Shown here piece after piece: positions 23,856-34,554 of a DNA stretch of 64,000 bases. Origin of the DNA: Rebecca billardiae RCC1528 (lineage: Eukaryota; Protista; Haptophyta). Positions within the stretch are counted from its first letter, which is position 1; the number at the start of each line of letters is the position of its first letter. Under the pieces are notes generated by a model that saw nothing but the letters and a program-made list of their open reading frames with translations, searched no databases and was not told the origin of the DNA. The stretch spans positions 558,856-622,855 of the forward strand of contig OZ251255.1 in the NCBI GenBank assembly GCA_965240325.2, read 5' to 3'. Position numbers and translations under genes: made by a program.

Positions 23856-25806
23856 TAGGTGGGTCCCTGGCGATTTTCCAGCGGTCTTTTAAACATTTAC
23901 CGGGTTTTCTGGCCTGATTTCTTTCGCGCGGGGCGCGGCTCGGGAAAATCGCCGGGCCGCCGGCCGAGGTCCGATCTGAACGCTCCCGACGATGTCGGAG
24001 CGCCTCTCCAGCGCGACCGAGCCGCCGTGTGTCGGGTAGACCACAGCCAACACCTATCGCGCGCTCCAGCGCTTTGCGCGTGCTCACGGATGGGATCCGT
24101 GGTCACACATCCCCCGCCTGGCACGTGCCCGCATGTTTGACTCTCGCCCGGCTAGACGCGTACAGACAACTTGAATCGATCGGCGGGTGTTCGACCCGTG
24201 CCTTCGAGCAGGGCCAGTTTTTGCCACATGCGGGTCAGGCGACGGGAGGCATGGGCCAGTGTCGTGCACTGGCATGCTCTTGACGCTCCCGCCATCTTGA
24301 GCAGCTCAACGCACCGTGAAGGTGACATTTGGGCTGTGCGCAAGCTGCTCGTGAGAACGCACGACAGCCAGCCCCGGGCTCTCGGGGAGCCATGTGAGCG
24401 ATTGGCGACTTCCGAGAGGGCGTGTTTGGTGGGGGTTGGTACCAATCATCGACCAGCAGGCCTAGGATGGGTGCACTGAGGACTTGGGATGCTGAGAAGC
24501 CGCCGCGATGTGCGGCGAGCACGCCGACTTGCCATCCGTGTGCACGATCCAGCGCCAGGAAGATCAGCAGGGCCTTTGACAGCGGCAGCAGGCGCTCAGC
24601 GATCCTTCCCTATGCCGAGTGTGGGCATAGTATGCGGTGCTCGAGGGTGGTCGCAGGATATGGGTCCATTCTTGACAGAACGCGGTCGCGTTGACAGGCG
24701 CGGGTGCCACCCCACGCTGTTGCTCCTGCCATTGGGTGGTCCCACTCGTTCCGCTTGTGGTCTGCGAAGACTCGTACTCAGCAAATCTACGGCTAGGCGT
24801 AGTAGACCCCTCAGACGCATGTCTGATGATTGCCCGGCACGTTCTCGTCGTCACGTTGGGTGTACTTGAGCGAGCGGAAGCCGCAACGTGATGGCTAGGC
24901 CAGCAGCTCAACCATCTGACGTCTCGCCGGCCAACTGGCTGAGTGCTCTCAGCCTAGCAGCAGCGTCGGTGAACCTATCGTATTGCTGCCTGGCGAGAAG
25001 ATGGTAGGAGGCATCGTCGGCGGCATGGGCTGCAGCTGCGGTAGTCATGGACTGGTGGCGGCCTCACGCGGGTGGGCATACGACGACCGGTGACACGCGG
25101 AGTACGAGCACGGAAGCCGCCGAACGCGGCAAGCTCCGGCGGTGGCGTTGGCTGATAGTCCAGCCTCGACGGCGGAGGGCTCCCGTGTGACGACGGTGGC
25201 ATGCTCGGTGGCAGGCGATGGTGTGTGCCTCGGCACGCAGCCCGCCACAAACACTGCCACTCGCAGGCAGTCCGGTTGCGGCCCGGGTTGCCTGTGTCCG
25301 CGTCGCTCGGCGCCTATTCGATGACCCAACAAACGTACCCACATATCGGAACGAATTTGAATACATAGTGAACCGCATCCACGGTCAATATAAAGTGGGT
25401 AACACTCATACTATATACGGGTAAGTGGCTATATATGAAGTGGGTAATATGCTCGATCTTGCTGTAGTTTGTTGGAGGTATCAGCGCACAGCATAGAGCC
25501 CTACTCTTTGCTTCATAAAATGGTTCGGTCGGGTGTCAGCGGTTGTCAATAAGTAATTCCGATCGCATGTCGCCATCTAGCCACCATAACCATGAAGTAA
25601 CGCTTCGCAAAATCTCTATGTGACACTACTGGCGCGGCGCGCGCGCGCTCGGCCGCGCGACGGCACGCGGAGTAGGTTTTGAGGTCGAAACTTTTGCTCC
25701 GCCCCGATGGGACGCATTTATAGCGTCGATTCTGGGTGAGAGACAAAATCTAGGACGTCATTCTGAGTGCGCCAGAATATCGCCCCAGTTGGGAGGGACC
25801 CACCTA
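23856..25806. mobile_element. TAG...CTA non-autonomous DNA transposon, copy A (1951 bp), 7-bp TSD CATATAT
   Basis: CATATAT|TAGGTGGGTCCCT ... AGGGACCCACCTA|CATATAT. Subterminal regions resemble the element at 41538-43474. Confidence 0.8.
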
Positions 25807-25957
25807 CATATATCATCAGCGTCGCCGCGTCCCGGATTACTGTTACTCGTCCGGCCTGTCCGGTCAGGACGACCGGTCGGCCGCTCGGGTGCAGCCAATA
25901 AGTACTATAAGTACTACTGCTCAAGTCATTAAATGATTTAATATATATAGAGTAAAT

Positions 25958-26803
25958 GACCAGTTGCACGCGTGAGCGCCGAAAAAACGACACTTTGGCA
26001 GTGATAGTCACCGTCGCCGCCTCGGGCATGCCGCTGCCGCCGGCAGCAGCGGCAGCGGGAGCGTGGCAGTGGATCTACCACCTTCTGCGTTACACGCTGC
26101 GTCGTGCGCGCCAGGTGGCAGGTGTCCCCTGTCTGCCGCGCGGAAGGCAGCGGTCGGCGAGCGCAGAGGTGAGAAGGAAGGCGCGCACGCATCGTGAGAG
26201 CTTCAGCAGCTTGCCCACGCGCTTCACGTAGGCGGTGTTGTTGCGTGCGCACGCCTTCTGTACCCGCACACGCGATCGCAGCGTGAGCCACTCCAGCCTG
26301 CCTGCGCATCGCGGGCCGAGCCGCCGGCGCCTCGTCTCCTGAATCCTCATTCACGAGGACAGCACGTGTATGTATCCGTGGCGCGCTCGCTGCCGATGGC
26401 GGCTCCCCGTGTCGAGGGCGTTTGGCTGGAGCCGCATCCAGGGCATATATCGTCACGGTCCCACCCGATGCTGACGCTGAGGTGGCGCGCTTGCCGAAGG
26501 CAGCAGCATTGGCTGATGCCTTCTGCATTGGCCACCTCTGCGCGACCGCGCGTTCACGCTGCCGGCGCGCGGGCGGCGTCGCTTGGTGGGCACCTGCCTT
26601 GGGTTTTGTCGTTCGTTCTCAGCGACGGTTGGGTCGATTGACATGCCGATTGGATTGGGGCATTGCGAATCGGCTTCGCAATGCCCCATTCCGCTCGGAT
26701 CGGCGCGGGCGTCAGCCATGCGGCAGCGCGAGTGACAAAACCGACATTTCATACGCATGTCGTTTTTTCATACGCTCACGGTTACTCACCCGTGCAACGG
26801 GTC
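25958..26803. mobile_element. GAC...GTC MITE, copy 1 (846 bp), 4-bp TSD AAAT
   Basis: AAAT|GACCAGTTGCACGCGTG ... CACCCGTGCAACGGGTC|AAAT. Homologous along its length to 38842-39806 in inverted orientation. Confidence 0.85.
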
Positions 26804-27393
26804 AAATGTCGTCCGGACAAGTGATGCCGAGACAGCCCGATATCGAGTCGTGACTGCTGCTTGCTGAGTGCTGATGCTCGGGCGACGATGACGACGGATA
26901 TTACACCCGGCGCGGGCGCGGGCCGGCTCACTTACACTCAGAGAGTATGATTTATATATATATATATGCTGGTCGATATCGGAATAAGTACTAAGTAGCC
27001 GCGCCTGCACGCCTTATGCGCGGCTCATAAGAGTCAGGGCCAGTCAGCCGCTCCGCCGCGAGGCGCGAGTGCCGGGCTCACTGGCACTCACTCTGAGGCG
27101 CGCGCATTATTCATCAGTCCGCGCCGGGCCGAGTCCTGCGGCGGCAGAGCACTCGGTCCCCGCGCGGTCGCTGCCGATTCGGCAGGCTCGGCCGCGCTCG
27201 GGTCGGCCGCAGGCCCCGGCGCGGAGAGTGGCACTCTGGTCTGAGTAGTGGTGACCCACCAGTATATATAAGGTGTAGTCGTAATGTCGGCGGTAGTCGG
27301 TGAGTAGGTGAGTAGTTGTCTACTAATAGTAGCAGCAGCAGGGACGTCTAGTACTAAGTAGTAGCCGTCCGGCTCGCGCGCGCGCCTCCGGCC

Positions 27394-28761
27394 TCAGCGG
27401 CGCGGCTGCAGCGCGCGCTCCCACGCGCGGCGCGAGGCCGCCTCGACCGCCGCGCGGCGCATCGGGTACTCCTGCAGCGCCTGCGCGTCGTCGAGGAGCT
27501 CGGGCTCGTCGAGGCAGTCGAAGATGAACTGCAGCGCCTTGCGCTCCACGCCCTGCGGCCGCGCGGCGCAGGGCGCGCGGCGGGCGGCGGGCGGCGGGCG
27601 GCGCATGATGCGCCCGTTCGCGCGCGCGTGCCCCCGGCACGCCAGCTCGGGGGTGGTGCGCGCGCGCCCCGGCCCTGCCCCCGCACCGTCAGCTCGGGGT
27701 GGTACACGCGCATCATCAGGATGTACCGCGTGTCCGGCGCGTCGTTGCGCGCCTCGTGCAGGATGGACGTGTCGAACAGCATCGCGCGGCCGTCCGCCCA
27801 CGTGCGCGTGCCGTCGCCGACCGTGAGGTGGCACGCGTCCTTGGGCACGAGCACGCCTGCGCACCGCGGAGCCGCGCCGCGCGCGGGGGCGCGCGTGCGT
27901 CAGCGCGCGCGCCGCGCGCCCGCGAGGCGCACGCGCCGAGGTGGTGGAAAGAGGAGGGAGCGCGTGTGTGCGCGCGCGCGCGTGTGCGCGCGCGCGTGTG
28001 CGCGTGTGTGCGCGTGTGTGCGCGAGTGCGCGCGCGTCACCGAGGTGGGCGGTGAGCGCAAAGTTGCACATGTCGGAGTGCGGCCCGATGACGGTGTGCG
28101 GCGGCATCTTGGCGAAGAACGCCTCGACGAGCGGCACCTTCGCCTTGTGCAGCAGCTCGCACGTCCGCGGGAACAGCCCGGCGTTGGTCTCGTCCCAGAC
28201 AGTCCGGTCGCACAGCGCGAGCGTCCGCCAGTCCTGCCCGTACGCGGACGCGGAGGTCTGGTTCTTCGCGCCGGCCCAGACGTTGTTCCCCGCGGCGGCG
28301 AGCGCGTCCTCGTCCGCCAGCGCCGCGCGCAGCTCGTCGCGCACCACCTTCCACCCGGACTCGAGCTTCTTGGCCCACTTGTGCTTGGTCGCTGGCTCGT
28401 GCCAAGGCTTGGCGCTCAGACCGTCGATGAAGGAGGAGGCGCGCTGGAGCATGAGCGGGTGGTCGGCGAGGACGGCCTCGTGCTCCTCGCCCGCGTCGAG
28501 CCGCGCCCACGCGCGCCGCACGCGCGCCGTCGGCTCCGCGCCGAAGAGCGCAGAGGTCGCGGCGTCGACGCGCGCGGCGAACGCGCTCAGCGGCGGCGCG
28601 GCGGCCGGCGCGGCGCTGCCGGCGCTGCCGCCGGCGGTGGCGGTGGCGAACACGCGCGTGCGGTGGCGGAGCGACGGCGCGGGCGCGGCCGAGCGCGCGA
28701 GCCCCACGCGCGCGCTCGCGCCACACGCCGCGAGGAGGACGAGCGCGGCAGCGGCCCCCAT
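27394..28761 (-). CDS. Aspartyl/asparaginyl beta-hydroxylase-domain 2OG-Fe(II) oxygenase with N-terminal targeting peptide, 3 exons
   Basis: Motifs KLESGWKVVRDE, FPRTCELL, EAFFAKMPPHTVIGPHSD (HxD) and FDTSILHEARN. Introns 28040-27857 and 27686-27553. Confidence 0.88.
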   Translation of the reverse strand: MGAAAALVLLAACGASARVGLARSAAPAPSLRHRTRVFATATAGGSAGSAAPAAAPPLSAFAARVDAATSALFGAEPTARVRRAWARLDAGEEHEAVLADHPLMLQRASSFIDGLSAKPWHEPATKHKWAKKLESGWKVVRDELRAALADEDALAAAGNNVWAGAKNQTSASAYGQDWRTLALCDRTVWDETNAGLFPRTCELLHKAKVPLVEAFFAKMPPHTVIGPHSDMCNFALTAHLGDARALAHTRAHTRTRARAHARARTHALPPLSTTSARAPRGRAARALTHARPRARRGSAVRRRARAQGRVPPHGRRRHAHVGGRPRDAVRHVHPARGAQRRAGHAVHPDDARVPPRADGAGAGPGRARTTPELACRGHARANGRIMRRPPPAARRAPCAARPQGVERKALQFIFDCLDEPELLDDAQALQEYPMRRAAVEAASRRAWERALQPRR

Positions 28762-28855
28762 TGCTGCGAAGCGGCGAGCCCTCTCGTGCCGGCGCGTGAG
28801 ACAGCGCGCTCGCTCTCGGCTCTCGGCGGCGTCCGAACACGCCGCGGCGCGCCGG

Positions 28856-29854
28856 ATGGCGGACATGCGCGAGCGGCGCGCGGCGGCGCTCGCCGGCGCG
28901 GCGTGCGGGCTGTGCACGGACGTGCTCACGCTCCCGTTCGACACGCTGCGCGCCAAGCTCAACTCGGGCGCCGCGTCGCACGGCGCGGCCGGCGCGGTGG
29001 CCGGCGCGGCCGGCGCGCGGCGCCGCGCGAGCGCGGCGCCCGGCCGCGCGCTGCGCGAGGTGGCCGCGCGCACGCTGCGCGCGGAGGGGCCGGCGGGGCT
29101 GTTCCGCGGCCTCTCGGCCGTCGTGCTCTTCGCGCCGCCCGCGTACGCCCTCTACTTCGCCACGTACAAGACGGCCGCCGCGGCGGTCGAGGCGCGGTGC
29201 GGCGGCCGCGAGGCCACGCCTGCGGCCGCGTACTTTGGCGCGGGGCTCGCGGCGGAGCTCGCGGCGAACCTGGCGTACCTGCCGTACGACGTGACCAAGC
29301 AGCGCCTCCAGGTCGCCCCGCGCCGCGCACGCCCCGCCACCGCCCTGCCGCTCGCCGCTCACCTCGTGCGCACGCGCGGCGCGCGCGCGCTCTACCGCGG
29401 CGCGCTCGCGACGCTGGCGACGTACCTGCCGTTCTCCGGGCTGTACTTTGCGACGTACGAGGGGCTGAAGGCGCGGCTGCTGCCCGCGGAGCGCGCCGGC
29501 GCCGCCGCGCCGCCGCCGAGCGCGGCGCGCGAGGCGTGCGCGCACTTTAGCGCGGCCGTGTGCGCGGGCGCGGTCGGCGCGGCCGCCACGCAGCCGGTGG
29601 ACGTGATCAAGACGCGGCTGCAGGTGGGCGGCGGCGCGCTGCACGCCGCCGGCGGCACCGGTGGACGCGCGCCCACCGGCCCGCGCGCGCCCACCATGCT
29701 CGCCACGCTGCGCGCCGCCGTCGTGCGCGAGGGCTGGGGCTCGCTGCTGCGCGGCACGTACGCGCGCGTGCTGAGCATTGCGCCGGGGTGCGGGCTGTCG
29801 ATGATGCTCTTCGAGGCGGCGTTCGAGGGGCTGCACGGGCGCGCGGGGAGCTGA
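28856..29854 (+). CDS. Mitochondrial carrier family (SLC25) protein
   Basis: Three carrier signature motifs PFDTLRAKL, PYDVTKQRL and PVDVIKTRL, with GLFRGL/ALYRG/LLRG segments. Confidence 0.92.
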   Translation: MADMRERRAAALAGAACGLCTDVLTLPFDTLRAKLNSGAASHGAAGAVAGAAGARRRASAAPGRALREVAARTLRAEGPAGLFRGLSAVVLFAPPAYALYFATYKTAAAAVEARCGGREATPAAAYFGAGLAAELAANLAYLPYDVTKQRLQVAPRRARPATALPLAAHLVRTRGARALYRGALATLATYLPFSGLYFATYEGLKARLLPAERAGAAAPPPSAAREACAHFSAAVCAGAVGAAATQPVDVIKTRLQVGGGALHAAGGTGGRAPTGPRAPTMLATLRAAVVREGWGSLLRGTYARVLSIAPGCGLSMMLFEAAFEGLHGRAGS

Positions 29855-30044
29855 GGAGCGGCGCGCGCGGCGTGGCCAGGGGCTGTTCCACGTCCACCGG
29901 GATTTCGTCAACAGCTCATGATCGAATCATGTAGTTGTAGCCGCGGGCCTTGCCCGAAGAACAATCCGAAACCGCCAAACGTGAGCAGCGGCTCGAGCAC
30001 CGCGCAGGCGAGCAGCAGCAGCAGCAGCAGCAGCAGCCCGGCGA

Positions 30045-32357
30045 ATGATGAGCGCCCCCGACGAGGACGCCGAGACGCGCGCGACAAAGGAGGCGGCGCG
30101 CAAGGCGTGGATCGCGTTCTACCTGCGCGCGGGCGACCTGGACAAGGCGAATTCGCTCGGCTGGACCTACGACCGCATGGCCTCGCGGCTGCAGCGCCGG
30201 CTGCGCGCGCGCGTCGCCGCAGGCAGCCCAGTCGGCCCGCCGCTGCTCGTCTCGGTGCTCGAGGCGCGCGGCGTGGCGGGGCGGCCGTTCGCCGAGGGGG
30301 GCTACCGCGCGGACGCGGGCGACGGGGCCGCGCCGCCCTCCACACGCGCGCTCCCCGGCCCGCGCCCGCAGTGGCTCGCCCAGCTGCGCGCGCACGCGTC
30401 GGGCGGCGCGGCGCACGTGCGCGTGCGCGTGCACCACGAGAGTCCGGGGCCGAAGGGCGGGTCGAAGCTGCTCGGCGTCGCGCTCGTCGAGGTGGACGCG
30501 GCGCTGCAGCGCGCGCGCGAGTGGGACGACGCCGACGCCGCCCGCGCCGCCGGCCACCTCCGCGCGCGCGCGCGCGACGACGCGGCCGCGGACGCGGCGG
30601 CCCTGCAGGCGGCGCGCGCCGAGGCGGCCGGCGCGGTGGAGGGCTCGCGCGCGCTGCCCGTCGCGCCGGCGGTGGGGCGCTGGGCGCCGCTGTACCCGGC
30701 GTGGTCGGGCGCGCGCGCCACCGCCGCCGCGACCACCGCCGCCAAGCTCGAGCGCGACTGGCCCCCGAAGGGCGCCGCCCCCCTGGGCTACGTCCGCGTC
30801 GCGCTGAGCGGCGCGGGCGCGGAGGGCGGCGGCGGCGGCGCGGGCGGCGGCGCGCTGCAGGGCGGCGGCGGCGGCGCGGGCGCGGGTGCGGAGGACGTGC
30901 GCGAGCGCCGGTTGCGCGCGGTGGACCCCGCCCTCGCGCGCGCGCCGCCGCCCTCCGCGCGCGCCGCCGCCGAGCACGACCCCGTGTCGCTGAGACTCGC
31001 CGTGCTGTGCGCGCGGGGGCTGCCGCGCGCGCCGCCGGCCTCGGACGACGACGACGACGACGGCGACGGCGGTGGCGGCGACGGCGGCGCGGACAGGGCG
31101 CCGGACCCGTTCGTGACGCTCGCGGCGCCCGCCGGCCGCTTCGGCCGCACGCTCACCGTGTGGGACGCGCCGATCGACGCCCTTTGCGCGTGGGGCGCCG
31201 CGCTGCCGCTGCCTCGGCTCGCGCACGCCGCCGCGCACGCCGGCGCGCTGCTGTGTCTGCGGCTGCACGACCGCGGGCTGGACGGCGGCGCGCGCGCGGC
31301 GTACGTGGCGGCGCTGCGCGCGTGCGGGGGGCGCGCGCCGCCCGGCGGGATGCTCGACCAGGCCCAGCCGCTGCGCGGCGGCGTCAACCCCGCCGAGGCG
31401 GACGAGCTGCTCGGCTGCGCCGCGCTGCCGCTGCCGGCGGCTGTGCTGGACGGCCGCGCGGAGCTGTGCTGCTGGCTGCGGCTCTCGCCCGCGCCGGACG
31501 TGGCGGGCGCGGCGGAGGCGGGCGGGCGCGCGGACGAGGGCGAGGGCGGCGAGCTGCTCGTGCGGCTGCGCGCGCTCACCGACGCCGAGCTGCGCGCGGC
31601 CGACCTCGCCGCCGAGCCGCCCGCGCGGCTGGACCCGGACGACGCGGCCGCGCGCGCGCGCTGCGAGGCGGCGCGCGCGCTCAACGGTTGGACCGTCGAC
31701 TCGGCCGAGCTCGCCGCCGCGCCGCCGGAGGTGGCGGAGGCGGAGGTGGAGGCGGAGGCGGAGGCGGAGGCGGTGGCGCACTCGCCGGGCGCCGAGCGCG
31801 CCGCGCGCGGGTACATCCAGCCCACGCTGCTCTGCGTGCTACGACAGGTCGACAGCGACGACGACGACGACGACGAGGACGACGAGGACGACGGCGACGA
31901 TGGCGATGGCGAGCGCGCGGCCGCGGACGCGGAGGGCGCTGCTGCTGCGGCGGCGGCCGCAGCCGCCGGGGGCGAGAGGGCGGCCGGCGGTGGCGCCAAG
32001 GGGAGGAAGGGCGGCGGCGGCACGAAGGGCGAGAAGGCGGCCGCCAACTCGGGCAAGCCCGCGGCGCGGAGGCAGGGCGGCGGCAAGGCCACCTCCAAGG
32101 CGCAGCCGCCACACAAGGAGCGGCGCGGCAGCAGCACCGGCGGCGGCCCCGCCGCCGGGAGCGCGCGCGCCATGAGCGTCAGCCTGCCGCCCGAGGGCTA
32201 CGGGCCGAGCGGGCCGAGCGGCGCGCTGCGCGATGGCGACGCCGCGACGGCCGCCGCACTGCGCGCGAGCGGCCATCAGCGCGGCAGCCTCGACGCCGGT
32301 AGCAAGCCGCGGGCACCGGCTGCGGCCACGCGCGCGATCATCAAGCGCTCGGAGTGA
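30045..32357 (+). CDS. C2-domain-containing protein (two degenerate C2 domains)
   Basis: 770-aa ORF; LLVSVLEARGV, LRLAVLCARGLP...PDPFVTL, LCLRLHDRG...DELLGCAALPL. Confidence 0.6.
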   Translation: MMSAPDEDAETRATKEAARKAWIAFYLRAGDLDKANSLGWTYDRMASRLQRRLRARVAAGSPVGPPLLVSVLEARGVAGRPFAEGGYRADAGDGAAPPSTRALPGPRPQWLAQLRAHASGGAAHVRVRVHHESPGPKGGSKLLGVALVEVDAALQRAREWDDADAARAAGHLRARARDDAAADAAALQAARAEAAGAVEGSRALPVAPAVGRWAPLYPAWSGARATAAATTAAKLERDWPPKGAAPLGYVRVALSGAGAEGGGGGAGGGALQGGGGGAGAGAEDVRERRLRAVDPALARAPPPSARAAAEHDPVSLRLAVLCARGLPRAPPASDDDDDDGDGGGGDGGADRAPDPFVTLAAPAGRFGRTLTVWDAPIDALCAWGAALPLPRLAHAAAHAGALLCLRLHDRGLDGGARAAYVAALRACGGRAPPGGMLDQAQPLRGGVNPAEADELLGCAALPLPAAVLDGRAELCCWLRLSPAPDVAGAAEAGGRADEGEGGELLVRLRALTDAELRAADLAAEPPARLDPDDAAARARCEAARALNGWTVDSAELAAAPPEVAEAEVEAEAEAEAVAHSPGAERAARGYIQPTLLCVLRQVDSDDDDDDEDDEDDGDDGDGERAAADAEGAAAAAAAAAAGGERAAGGGAKGRKGGGGTKGEKAAANSGKPAARRQGGGKATSKAQPPHKERRGSSTGGGPAAGSARAMSVSLPPEGYGPSGPSGALRDGDAATAAALRASGHQRGSLDAGSKPRAPAAATRAIIKRSE

Positions 32358-32765
32358 TCGGCCGAGTGACGAGTAGGTATAGTAAAGACGCGATCGCGTC
32401 AGTTAGCCCTCAGATCGACTCCCGGACCGCATGATGGCAACTGACTGTGTGACTCAGACGCGGTCCGCCGGGGCCGGACGGCCAGCCGCATTACAAAATA
32501 ATTTAGCATTGATGATGCTGCTGCAAGCCCGCGGTATAGTCGCTTCATCAGACTCCGAGTGAGACAGAGTAGTCTCACTCACTGCCTTCAGAGACGGTAG
32601 TATACCCGGGTAACTATCCGAAACTACGTACGTAGTACGCTTACGGCTGGCACGCCTCTTTGCTACGGTGGCCCACGGTGCGGTGAGTACGCCGTGCCCG
32701 CGGGCAGAGTGCCCGCGCACTCGCGGCGCCCCGCGACTATACTCTATAGTACTGCGCGTTCGATC

Positions 32766-34019
32766 TTACCAGCAGAAGGCGATCCCAAACACAACCATGA
32801 TGACCACCCCGCGCGGACTTGCGCTGACGGTGATGGACGACACGTGCGCGCAGAGCCGGCCGGCGGGCAGCCCGTGTCCGCGCTCGTACGCGCGCATGGC
32901 GGCGCATGCGCTGCTGCCCTGCCGCAGCTCGGCGCCGAGCTGCTCGCACGCGGGGCAGAAGCGTGCATCGGCGAGGGTGTGCTCGATCACGACGGGCGGA
33001 AGCGCGATCGCGGGCTGCACGTACGCCAGCACGGGGAGGCGCTCCGCGAGCCAGTGGTTGCTCTGCTCGTGCGCGTTGGTTGCGTCCTCGAGTGGCACGC
33101 CGCCCACGTGCACGGCCGAGCCGCGCGCGCACACGCGGGGCGCGCGGCTGTCAAAGTCGTCGCCGACGTAGACGCCGGTCAGCACGTTCTTGGTGAGCAG
33201 CGTGACCAGGTGCGGGTCGTTGCGCTCGCGGTCGAGCCGCGCGCGCTGCACGACACCTCGCACGACGTCCGCGCGCGCGAGCCCCGTCCGGCGCAGCCGG
33301 TCCGAATCGTCAAACTCGCGCGCGCCGGGCCAGCCGCGGAAGTACTCGCGCTCGACGCCCGTGTCGACGTGCACGGCGCTGAGCGTGCGCTCGCCCTCGG
33401 CGACCTGCCTCGCAGCCAGGTGCTCCTGCACCTCGCACCACAGCGCCCGCCTCGCGCCCGCCAGCTCGGCGTCGGGCGCGCGCCGAGCCAGCCGGAACAG
33501 CTTGGCGTGCGCGAGGAGCACCTCGGCGCGCTGCTCGAGGCGCGCGTCGAGGCGCGTGCGCGAGTCCTCGGCGTACATCGGCCCGGCGTCGCGAACGGTG
33601 AGCGCGTTCGTCCGGTCGTCGAGCTCGACGACGGCCGTGACGTAGCTGATGCGGTTCGGCCGCAGATGCGAGCCCTCGAACGTGAGGTTGCGGCGGTCGG
33701 CGAGCGTGTCGGTGTGCAGGTTGATGCACACGTTCTCGACGGTCTCGGCGCACCACGCGAGCTCCGACGCCTCGGCGTAGACGTTGGCGCGGAGGTACGT
33801 CACCGTGCGCGGCCCGTGCCGCGCAAACGCCGCTGGCTTGCCCCTGAGCCAGGCGCGCACGTGCCCGAGCAGCCGCCGGTCGTGCCGCACGCCGGGCAGC
33901 CGGTCGTCCCTGAGCGCGCGCGCGACCGCCGCCATCTCGCAGAGGAGCGGGTCGCGGAAGGCCTCAAAGTAGGCGGCCGGCGGTTCCACTGCGCGTGGGG
34001 GCTTCGATGGCCGCGTCAT
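32766..34019 (-). CDS. Intronless orphan protein (~417 aa), copy 2
   Basis: ATG at 34019 (MTRPSKPP...). Near-identical to 8696-9973 from FRDPLLCE to the stop codon. Confidence 0.7.
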   Translation of the reverse strand: MTRPSKPPRAVEPPAAYFEAFRDPLLCEMAAVARALRDDRLPGVRHDRRLLGHVRAWLRGKPAAFARHGPRTVTYLRANVYAEASELAWCAETVENVCINLHTDTLADRRNLTFEGSHLRPNRISYVTAVVELDDRTNALTVRDAGPMYAEDSRTRLDARLEQRAEVLLAHAKLFRLARRAPDAELAGARRALWCEVQEHLAARQVAEGERTLSAVHVDTGVEREYFRGWPGAREFDDSDRLRRTGLARADVVRGVVQRARLDRERNDPHLVTLLTKNVLTGVYVGDDFDSRAPRVCARGSAVHVGGVPLEDATNAHEQSNHWLAERLPVLAYVQPAIALPPVVIEHTLADARFCPACEQLGAELRQGSSACAAMRAYERGHGLPAGRLCAHVSSITVSASPRGVVIMVVFGIAFCW

Positions 34020-34182
34020 GGCCGCGTGGGTGTGTGTGTCTGTCCGCCAATGGAAAGGCCTCGAGCGCGTGTGGCGCGGCGGGGCTTGGCGGGGAAGTTG
34101 CTCGGTGTGGTTGTTGATGAGTATTTCATTATACTTCCCATCGAACTCACAGAACCACAGAAGCAATCTCAGAAGCATATAC

Positions 34183-34214
<32 letters not shown>

Positions 34215-34554
34215 TAAGGACGTGGTATGCAACATATATATGTATATATACACACATATATATATACTTATGATGAGTGATAAGCTCATTCATTTACGAC
34301 CGGAAGGCCACGGCCCTTCGGAAGGCTTCGGTTTTTTGGTGTGGAACATTCACAATGAGTATTTGATACTGAGACATATTCAAGTCCAAAGCCGCTCGTG
34401 GTTGCAAATGGTTGCAAATGGTCGTAAATCTGTGCTCTCTACAGGTCGGGATTCACCACCAACGCCGACTCGTGTCGACGACTGGGCACTGCCGCCGAAG
34501 AATCAGGAGACCCGCGGGCGTCGTCCTACCTGTGTCGTTAAATGCCCTTGGTTA

